Source of the DNA: an uncultured Actinomycetes bacterium | Lineage (GTDB): Bacteria > Actinomycetota > UBA4738 > HRBIN12 | NCBI GenBank assembly: GCA_963734275.1 | Contig: CAVTGO010000016.1 | Coordinates: 35,097 to 99,096 of the forward strand | Direction: 5' to 3' | DNA: 64,000 nucleotides | Shown: piece after piece, positions 44,488 through 52,051 of the stretch | Layout: each line of letters starts with the position of its first letter | Position numbering within the stretch: the first letter of the stretch is position 1 | Notes under the pieces: generated by a model | What the model saw: the letters and a program-made list of their open reading frames with translations, nothing else | Told to the model about the DNA's origin: nothing | Databases searched by the model: none | Translations under genes and position numbers: made by a program

Positions 44488-44571
44488 CTACCACCTGATG
44501 TGCGCACCACCGGCGAATGCGAGCGCCAGAAGCGAGCCCATGGCCACCGCGAGACGCTTGACCAGCTTCAC
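44488..44571 (-). CDS. 27-aa putative signalling-peptide precursor MKLVKRLAVAMGSLLALAFAGGAHIRW
   Basis: GTG start with RBS GAGGGGGTGG, basic N-region, hydrophobic core, short polar/aromatic tail, dedicated terminator; below the ORF-track cutoff. Confidence 0.8.
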   Translation of the reverse strand: MKLVKRLAVAMGSLLALAFAGGAHIRW

Positions 44572-44610
44572 GGTTCCACCCCCTCACCACCACTCGGGCG
44601 GGTCACTCCC

Positions 44611-44690
44611 AGCCTGCAACGCTTGCCGCCAGGCAGCCCCTATGTATCCGACCCCCATTCGGGGGATTGCTCGTGAGTATCCGGGGGATG
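44611..44690. promoter_or_regulatory. divergent promoter region with candidate response-regulator boxes
   Basis: CCCCC-ATTC-GGGGG inverted repeat (44652-44665); CGGGGGAT direct repeats at 44660 and 44682; CAGGCT -10-like on minus strand at 44611-44616. Confidence 0.5.
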
Positions 44691-44808
44691 CCACTTGCCC
44701 GCAAGCCACCCCAGCGACCTACCGCAGCTGCCGTAGCGCGGCTTGGATGACTCAGGGTTCGTCGGGTGGTTCCAAGGAAGGGCGGCAGCCGTCAAGATGG
44801 GGAAGACC

Positions 44809-46344
44809 ATGAGGAAGCGCGCCGCCACGAGCAGCGGGAAGCCCACCGTTACACGCCCTGAACGGGCGTTCGAGTTCCTTGTGGTCGTGCCCACGATTGC
44901 CGCTCTTCTCCTGGCCCTCTCACAGCAGGCTGGGGCCCTAAGCGCTGATACTCGCCTTGACCTCGTCGTCTGGATCGCCCTCACAGCCTCTGTCGAGCTA
45001 CTGCCCGTCCCGTCCTGGCGAGGAACACAAATCGGAGTTGGGTTCCCGCTCCTGATGGTTGTTGCGTTCCTCTACCCGCCCGCGGTGGCAGGGGCGAGCG
45101 CTTTCCTTGCGGCCTCGGATCCGCGAGAGTTCAGGGGCGAGGTCGGTCTTCTTCGCGCGCTCTTCAACCGGTCTCAGGTCGCGCTGGCTGTGTGGGCGGC
45201 GAGCGCCGTGTTTCACGAGCTCGCAGACGGTTAGGTCGTCGGCAGTAGCCGTACTGATTGCTGCCGCGGTTCTGGCGGCAGTTGTCGACTACTTGGTGAA
45301 CTTCGGCGTCATTGCCGTCGTCGCCAGCCTTCACTTTCGAATGACTCCCGTTCGGGTCATTCGCGAGCTAAGGATCGGTCGATTGAGCGAGTTCCTTGTC
45401 AGCTACTTGGGTCTCGCCGTGTTTGGCGTGTTCCTGGCCAAGGTCTTCACAGAGGTTGAGATTCTTCGCTGTTCCCGTCTTCATCCTCCCGCTCCTCCTC
45501 GCTCGCCAGATGTTCTTCCGCAGCAAGGCGCTCGAGGAGGCCCACGCGGAGCTGAAGGATCGCGAGCAGGTCCTCCGCGCGCTCTCGAACCGGATGGCCG
45601 AGGAGCGCGAGGACGAGCGGCTCCAGATCGCCGGCTACCTGCACGACGACCTCGCCCAGCTCCTGTTCCGCCTCTCGATCCAGGTGGACGTGGCGAAGAA
45701 GCATCTCGACGCCGGGCGGATCGACGACGTCGAGTCGCTCCTGAAAGAGATGAAGGAGACGAAGAACCAGACGTCCGAACGGATCCGGGCGCTCATCCGC
45801 GACCTGCACCGCTCGCCGCTGGGACGGGCGGGACTCGGGCGAGGCGCTGCACGGCTTCATCGCCGAGGCGGGTCGCGAGTCCGAGGTCCGGTTCCACATC
45901 GACGCGGACGAGATCGAGCTCCCCGCCCCGATCGCGCTGCTGCTGTATCACATCGCCCGCGAGGCCGTGATGAACGCGCTGAAGCACGCCGAGGCGCGCA
46001 ACATCTGGATCACGGTCAAGCCCGACGGCGACGAGGTGGAGATGGTGCTCCGCGACGACGGGGTGGGCTTCGACGTCGAGGCGCCCGAGCCCGAGGGTCA
46101 CTTCGGGCTGACGATGATGCGCGAGCGCGCCCGGGTGGGCGGCGGGAGCCTGACGATGGTCAGCGCCCCGGCGCAGGGCGCCACGCTCACCGTCCGGTTC
46201 CCGACCTCGTGGCTGCAGGAAGAGGGGGAGGAGGGGGCGGCAGCCACATCGGCTCCGGCTCCGGGTCCGGCAACCCCTGACGGTGCTTCCCCCGGTACGG
46301 ACCCCACGCCGTCGAGTTCGGCGGCGGAATCCGTCCCAGCATGA
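44809..46344 (+). CDS. multi-TM sensor histidine kinase, NarL/HisKA_3 class (frameshifts near 45230, 45460, 45840)
   Basis: Polytopic N-terminal domain (VELLPVP, LFNRSQ), ERLQIAGYLHDDLAQ, REAVMNALKHA, DDGVGF, HFGLTMMRERA. Confidence 0.85.
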
Positions 46345-46864
46345 CGGCCACGGTCAGCCAGACCAGCCCACCGTAGATCAGCAGGTCGCCCGCGCTGATC
46401 GCCTGGTGGAACGGCGCACCGACGGGGATCACGTCGGCCAGGAGCGTGAGGACGTCCTCGTCGGTCAAGAGATGGTGCTTGTCCGATCCCGCCTCCTCGA
46501 GTCCCACCAGCACGTCGATCTGACCCGAGTCGATCAGCGCCTGCGCCGAGACCGGCATCCCGCCGTTGGCCGCGATCACGGCGAAGTTGCACGCGAGCCC
46601 GATCAGCACGAGCGCCATGCCCTCGATCCGCACGTTCGCGATCGCGAACGCCACGAGCATCGAGTAGGAGACCGTGAGCGCGGCCGTCCGGACGACGAGG
46701 TCGGTGCCGCCTGCCCCCTCGGGGAGCGGGACGAACTGCACCGCGAACCCAAGCACCGCCAGGATCCACCAGCGGAGCCGGAGGCCCTCGAAGCGCGACA
46801 GGCTGCCCCCGAACACGAAGCCGAGGAGGATCGCGATGACGATGACGAGCGTGAAGAGGATCAC
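46187..46864 (-). CDS. DUF5317-type membrane protein (candidate peptide-processing protease)
   Basis: GGSLSRFEGLRLRWW, GLACNFAVIAANGGMPVS, KH, LLADVI, SAGDLLIYGG. Confidence 0.8.
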   Translation of the reverse strand: MILFTLVIVIAILLGFVFGGSLSRFEGLRLRWWILAVLGFAVQFVPLPEGAGGTDLVVRTAALTVSYSMLVAFAIANVRIEGMALVLIGLACNFAVIAANGGMPVSAQALIDSGQIDVLVGLEEAGSDKHHLLTDEDVLTLLADVIPVGAPFHQAISAGDLLIYGGLVWLTVAVMLGRIPPPNSTAWGPYRGKHRQGLPDPEPEPMWLPPPPPPLPAATRSGTGR

Positions 46865-46946
46865 GGTCTGAGGTGATGGTCGGGGAAGCGGCAGGATGGT
46901 CCCACGGCGCTCCGGGTGTGTCCAGCGCCCGGGCTACCATCGGGTC

Positions 46947-48611
46947 GTGGCTCGGATGGTGCCGTTCCCGATGCTCCCCACCGCCAGCGCGGCCGAGCGA
47001 CGCCTCTACGAGGGGTTCCTCGAGCAGCTCGACGACGGCTACGTCGTGTACCACTCGGTGGACTGGGTGCTCGCGGGCCGCGACGGCCCGGTGGAGGGCG
47101 AGGCGGACTTCGTGATCGCGCACCCCGAGCTCGGCGTGCTGGCGCTCGAGGCCAAGGGCGGCGGTCTCGAGTACGACCCGGCGACGAAGCGATGGCGCCA
47201 GCGCGGGCGCTCGGGCTCGCACGAGCTGCGCGAGGACCCGTTCCACCAGGCGAAGGACGAGATGCACTCTCTGGTACGGATCCTCGAGGCGCAGCCCGGC
47301 TGGGAGCGGTGGAAGCCCAGCTACGGGTACGGCGTCGCGCTGCCCGACGCGATCTACGACACCGCGGCGCATCCCGGCGCGCCGCCGGAGGTCGTGATCG
47401 ATCGCGACGACCTGCAGCGCCTGGCCGAGCGCGTGCCGCAAGTGATGGGCTACTGGTTCCGGCCCGGCCGGCGGTTCGGCGCCGAGGGGATGGAGGCGCT
47501 CGCGATGGCCCTCGGCTTCCGCATCGAGATCCGCGCGCCGCTGAAGCTCCGGTTCGACGAGGAGGACAAGAAGATCGTCGAGCTCACGGACGAGCAGGCG
47601 TGGATCCTCGGGTTCGTCTCGCACCGGCGGCGGGCCGCGATCACGGGCCCCGCCGGGAGCGGCAAGACGCTGCTCGCGATGGCGATCGCCAAGCGCCTGG
47701 CGGCCAAGGAGCAGCGCACGCTGCTCACCTGTTTCAACAAGCGGCTCGCCGTGTACCTGAAGGAGGAGGCCGGCGAGACGCCGAACCTCGAGGTCGAGCA
47801 CTTCCACGCGCTGTGCGTGCGCCTCGCGGGGGAGGCCGGCATCCAGCTCCCCGACCCGGACCCCGGTCCCGGCTCCGACTTCTACGAGCACCGACTGCCC
47901 GAGGCGCTCGCCGAGGCGGCGGCGAAGCTCGGCCCACGGTACGACGCGATCGTCGTGGACGAGGGCCAGGACTTCCGCGAGTGGTGGTGGCCGGCCCTGC
48001 TCGCGCTGCACGTCGACCCGGACGGGGGCGCGCTGTACGTGTTCGCCGACGACAACCAGAACCTGTACGGCGGCGAGCTCCCGGTGGCCGAGGAGGACAC
48101 GATCGGGCCGCTCGCCCGCAACCTGCGGAACACGAAGCAGATCGGCGAGTTCGTCACCGTGTTCTACGAGGGGTCGGAGCCGCCGATCTCGCGCGGTCCC
48201 GACGGCGAGCCGGTGCAGATCCTCGGGTACGAGAGTGACGAGGAGCTCGCGCACCTGTTGGGCGTGGTGCTCACGAACCTCGTGGAGCTCGAGGGCGTGC
48301 CGGTCGAGGACATCGTGGTACTCACGCCCTCGGGCAAGGAGAAGAGCCGGCTTCGGAACCGGGAGAAGGTGAACGGCTTCCGCCTGTCCGAGAAGCTCGA
48401 GCCCGGCACGGTGCTCGCGACCAGCGTGCACGGGTTCAAAGGCCTCGAGCGGCCGGTGGTGATCCTGGCCGAGCTCGGCGACAAGCACGCGGAGGACCTG
48501 AACCGGTACCTCTACGTGGGCGCCTCGAGGGCGCGGAACCACCTGATCGTGCTCGCCACCGAGCCCGTCGCGCGCGAGCTCCGCCGTCTGACCGGCGTCA
48601 CCGGCCCGTAG
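46947..48611 (+). CDS. NERD nuclease + UvrD-like SF1 helicase protein
   Basis: GEADFVI...LEAKGG...DPFHQA, GPAGSGKT, VDEGQD, NLRNT, FKGLE, YVGASRAR; TACCAT-N6-GTG. Confidence 0.85.
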   Translation: MARMVPFPMLPTASAAERRLYEGFLEQLDDGYVVYHSVDWVLAGRDGPVEGEADFVIAHPELGVLALEAKGGGLEYDPATKRWRQRGRSGSHELREDPFHQAKDEMHSLVRILEAQPGWERWKPSYGYGVALPDAIYDTAAHPGAPPEVVIDRDDLQRLAERVPQVMGYWFRPGRRFGAEGMEALAMALGFRIEIRAPLKLRFDEEDKKIVELTDEQAWILGFVSHRRRAAITGPAGSGKTLLAMAIAKRLAAKEQRTLLTCFNKRLAVYLKEEAGETPNLEVEHFHALCVRLAGEAGIQLPDPDPGPGSDFYEHRLPEALAEAAAKLGPRYDAIVVDEGQDFREWWWPALLALHVDPDGGALYVFADDNQNLYGGELPVAEEDTIGPLARNLRNTKQIGEFVTVFYEGSEPPISRGPDGEPVQILGYESDEELAHLLGVVLTNLVELEGVPVEDIVVLTPSGKEKSRLRNREKVNGFRLSEKLEPGTVLATSVHGFKGLERPVVILAELGDKHAEDLNRYLYVGASRARNHLIVLATEPVARELRRLTGVTGP

Positions 48612-48835
48612 CCGGAAACAGAGGCTGCTGCAGGCCGGTGATCAAGCCTCGCCCAGCACCCTCCGCCTCCGGCTGGTTTAGCACCGGGGGCCGGTCTACG
48701 TGGAGTGTTGTCGGCGGATCGAAAAGGTGGGCAGCGCAGGCATGGCGAGTGTCGCTAGGGGATTACCTCGCGGCTCTCGGAGGGCTCACGCCCGGCGCGG
48801 TCCGCGACCGCTTGCATATGCACGACCCTGACCAG

Positions 48836-49615
48836 CTAGCCGACCTTGCGGACCTTCCACGCCTCAGCACTCGGCCATCGCCTCGCCCATTCCAGCGGGA
48901 CGTAGGGCTGGGCTTGCACGTCTGCTCCTTCGTTGGGAGGTTGGATCTCGATCAAGTCCTCGATCTCAAATCCGCTCGCACGCAACAGTCGAACCATGTC
49001 GCCATGCCCGATCCGAAACTCGATGTCTTCGACGGCCCCGCTCGGTCCTCGCCACTCGAACCGGTGCATGCCGAAGTAGTCTCGATGGAGCCGCGAGTCC
49101 GCAGGCGCATCGTCATCGTCTGTGGGATAGCAACACATCACAAGGGGGGAGCCGGTCTCGAATACGAGACGGCCGCCACCCCGCAGGATTCGTGAGGCCT
49201 CCGGAATCCACCGGTACGGGTCGCACCAGGTAGCGGCCCCGTACTGGGAGATCACGAAGTCGAAACTCGCGTCCGCGAAGGGCGGGCATTCGGCGTCGGC
49301 GTGCACGAGCGGGAAGCGAAGACTGAACTCCTTCTGGAGCAGCCGGGCAGTCGCGAGCTGGTTCGACGAGTTGTCGAGGCCGATGACCCGTGCGCCCCGG
49401 CGCATCAGCCAGGCCGAGACGTAGGCGGTCCCGCAGCCGAGTTCGATGGCATCGAGCCCCGCTAGATCAGGCAGCAGGAGAAGCTCGGACTCAGGATTGC
49501 CCCTGCCCCAGACCGGTTCCTTCCTAGCCCACGCCTCTCGTCCTCGCTGGACCCAGTCTCGCGCGTCCTCGTCCCAGGTGGCTCTGTTCACGAGGGCGTG
49601 GTCGTCGGTCGGCAT
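48836..49615 (-). CDS. class I SAM-dependent methyltransferase
   Basis: IELGCGTAY, ADAE..PFADASFD, EASRILRGGGRL. Confidence 0.9.
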   Translation of the reverse strand: MPTDDHALVNRATWDEDARDWVQRGREAWARKEPVWGRGNPESELLLLPDLAGLDAIELGCGTAYVSAWLMRRGARVIGLDNSSNQLATARLLQKEFSLRFPLVHADAECPPFADASFDFVISQYGAATWCDPYRWIPEASRILRGGGRLVFETGSPLVMCCYPTDDDDAPADSRLHRDYFGMHRFEWRGPSGAVEDIEFRIGHGDMVRLLRASGFEIEDLIEIQPPNEGADVQAQPYVPLEWARRWPSAEAWKVRKVG

Positions 49616-49818
49616 GTCCAAACGATAGTGCGCCGTCCTCGGTTACCGCCAGCGTGGCCGAATGTCCACGCGCCCCGGCGCGTGAGCGTCCTTGGCCGAT
49701 TCGCTAGGTCTACGCACAAGGAGCCTTGTGGGCGGAACGAAATGTTGAGACGTCCGCGTTGCGGGGGCATGACGGCACGTGTGATGGATGCGGGCCGCGA
49801 CGGGTCGTCACGTCGCTT

Positions 49819-49945
49819 CTACGACTCCAAGGCGGACTCGATCGGCCGTGGAGTGGTTATGGGATCGGCATGTCGATGGGCAATCTTCCACGCATCGTCT
49901 TCACGTCGGAATATGGTCGTCACGCGAAGCGAAACTTGCGCGATC
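49819..49945 (-). pseudogene. 3' remnant of a DUF4440/NTF2-like gene
   Basis: Near-identical to the 3' end of 58928-59356 (SLRVTTIFRREDDAWK..HRHADPITTPR). Confidence 0.75.
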
Positions 49946-49946
49946 C

Positions 49947-50045
49947 CAGCTGCTCTACCAGCACGACGACACGGTCGCGCCCGAGGACTTCGCCGGCCGA
50001 CGCGTGCTCGTCTACTTCGACCCGGCCTCGTAGACGCCGGGCTGA
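49947..50045 (+). pseudogene. peroxiredoxin (Bcp-like) N-terminal remnant
   Basis: QLLYQHDDTVAPEDFAGRRVLVYFDPAS*TPG* resembles the Bcp LxDQ..DF.G..VLVYFYP..TPGC motif. Confidence 0.5.
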
Positions 50046-50089
50046 CGTCGGGACTTGCGCCTGCTCCTCAAGGGGTGTTGATTGACGGT

Positions 50090-51067
50090 ATGGCTTCTCG
50101 TGCCTCAGCCAGACCCTTCTCAGGCCACATCGCAGTCGGGCTCGCCGTGGCGCTCGCGTTGGCGGTCGCCGGATGCAGCGATGGGGACGACGATTCGGCC
50201 TCTGGTGCGTCGGCGAGGCCGTCGACAACGGCTGCACCGGCTTCGGATCTCGACGGGCGCCTGATGTTCTCGCGGTTCGACGAGTCAACGCACACCTTTG
50301 TCAGCACGCACATCGCCAATGCCGACGGGAGCGATGAGCACGAGATCTCGTTGCCTGGGCCCGAGGGCGGAGGTCGCTGGTCCCGCGACGGCGCACACAT
50401 CGCGGTTATGACGCTCGTTGCGGACGAGCGAGTGGGCACCGCGATCGTCGCGCCTGATGGGACTGTGGAGCGTGTCCTCGACCTGCCGGACGCGACCCTG
50501 AACCTCGTATGCGTTGTGTGGTCGCCAGACGATTCCCGTCTCGGCTGCGAGGGTTGGGACGACACCGATCCTTCGCGCGGCGGCATCTACACGGTCAGCT
50601 CCGCAGACGGCAGTGACGTGCAGCGCTTGTCGACCGCCGTCGAAGGGATGGCGGACCTGCCCGGCGATTTCTCCCCCGACGGCGCCCAGTTCGTCTTCTT
50701 GCGGTCGGCGGACGAGGGTGACGGGCAGCTCATGGTCGTCGACGTGGCCGGAGGCGAGCCTCGTGCCCTGTCGAGTGAACGCTTCGAGGATCCAGGTCGG
50801 TTCTCGCCGGACGGGTCGTCGATCCTCACGTCCGCTGGCGGAACGATCGTGGTCCTCGGCATCGACGGTGTGATCGTGAACGAGGTCGGCGAGAACGGCG
50901 CCTTCCTGTTCGGCGCGGTGTGGTCTCCCGACGGCGACTGGATCGCCTTCTCTCGGACGACCTCAGGGTTCCGGGCCGACATCTTCATCAGCCGCCCCGA
51001 CGGCGATGAGCGAACGCAGATCACCGACACCCCGGACAACGAAATCGTCGTCGAATGGGGTCGTTGA
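50090..51067 (+). CDS. TolB-like (PD40) beta-propeller lipoprotein
   Basis: Lipobox VAGC; repeated WSRDG/WSPDD/FSPDG motifs. Confidence 0.8.
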   Translation: MASRASARPFSGHIAVGLAVALALAVAGCSDGDDDSASGASARPSTTAAPASDLDGRLMFSRFDESTHTFVSTHIANADGSDEHEISLPGPEGGGRWSRDGAHIAVMTLVADERVGTAIVAPDGTVERVLDLPDATLNLVCVVWSPDDSRLGCEGWDDTDPSRGGIYTVSSADGSDVQRLSTAVEGMADLPGDFSPDGAQFVFLRSADEGDGQLMVVDVAGGEPRALSSERFEDPGRFSPDGSSILTSAGGTIVVLGIDGVIVNEVGENGAFLFGAVWSPDGDWIAFSRTTSGFRADIFISRPDGDERTQITDTPDNEIVVEWGR

Positions 51068-51197
51068 GCCTGTGAGCGGGCGGCCGTCGAGACCACCGAT
51101 CGAGCCTCGTAGAATGCCGCTCGCGCGGGATGCCGTTTAGCGACGCTCCGGAGAACGGTTGCGCTCCGGAGCAGGGTGCGTTCGTATCGATTGTGGA

Positions 51198-51776
51198 TCA
51201 GGGGGGTTCGGGTGCCTCGCGCCCGGTGATCAGGCCGTACGCGATCTCGAGCTGCTCCGGCTCGTTGTCGGGGATCGACGGCATCAGGATCCGTTCCCCC
51301 AATGCCCAGGCGATGACCTCGGCCCCTTGCTCATATCCCCGGAGCCCCCACGGGTCGTAGGATGCGTTCCATCCGGAGAGGTCGCGGAGCTCGAGGAACC
51401 GCATCCGACTGGAGGGCGTGAGGTTCTCGTCCATCCAGATGTGGCTCATCTCGTGAAGCAGAGCCCGGCGAGCCGGCACGTCCACGGTGTCCCTGCACAG
51501 ATCGACCCGGCCGCCCAGCGCGTATCCGAGGTTCCCGCGGCAGCTCGACAGGTCCTTGTGGAAGTGGACCTCCACCTGGGGAACTCCCAGCTCGGAGGCC
51601 TCGAACCGGTTGGCGGCCCACCGAGCCATCTGGACCTGCTCGGCATCCGCCTCGTAGACCACGAATCCGGGGCGGATCGGAAGGCCCTGGCTGGCCTGGA
51701 CCGACCCGATCCGCCAACCGGACGTGATCGCCAGGAGGAGGGCGATCCCGGATCCGAGGCGGGTGACCCTGCGCAT
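51198..51776 (-). CDS. secreted protein with HExxH zinc-metallopeptidase motif
   Basis: Signal peptide; ALLHEMSHIW and downstream GYEQGAE. Confidence 0.65.
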   Translation of the reverse strand: MRRVTRLGSGIALLLAITSGWRIGSVQASQGLPIRPGFVVYEADAEQVQMARWAANRFEASELGVPQVEVHFHKDLSSCRGNLGYALGGRVDLCRDTVDVPARRALLHEMSHIWMDENLTPSSRMRFLELRDLSGWNASYDPWGLRGYEQGAEVIAWALGERILMPSIPDNEPEQLEIAYGLITGREAPEPP

Positions 51777-52016
51777 GAGGGCACGGTGCGACCAGCCCCT
51801 TGAGACAGCAGTGCAGGGGCCTGGACGATCGCGTGCAGGCCATCGCCGGCGAGCCGTCGACCCGATGGTGTCACCGCTCGGTGCGCGAGGCGCCGAAACC
51901 GCTGGTCAGGGTCCATGGATCCGCGACGCCCGTTCTTCGTTGCACGCGGATTGCACGGGGACCCCGGCAGGGTCTGCCCGTGATGAAAGCAGAGGATCTC
52001 CCGGGCCGGGTGAGCC

Positions 52017-52051
52017 TTCCCAGGCGGAAACGCGAAGGGTACGGTCACCGG
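52017..52051 (+). promoter_or_regulatory. leaderless promoter conserved between the two SARP-STAND paralogs
   Basis: TTCCCA-N17-TACGGT-N6-ATG here and upstream of 37236 on the minus strand. Confidence 0.6.

Noticed and set aside
44320-44812. C-terminal extension of the 408-aa ORF 43586..44812
   Set aside because: Runs through the terminator, antisense peptide gene and promoter region; likely read-through after a lost stop or indel
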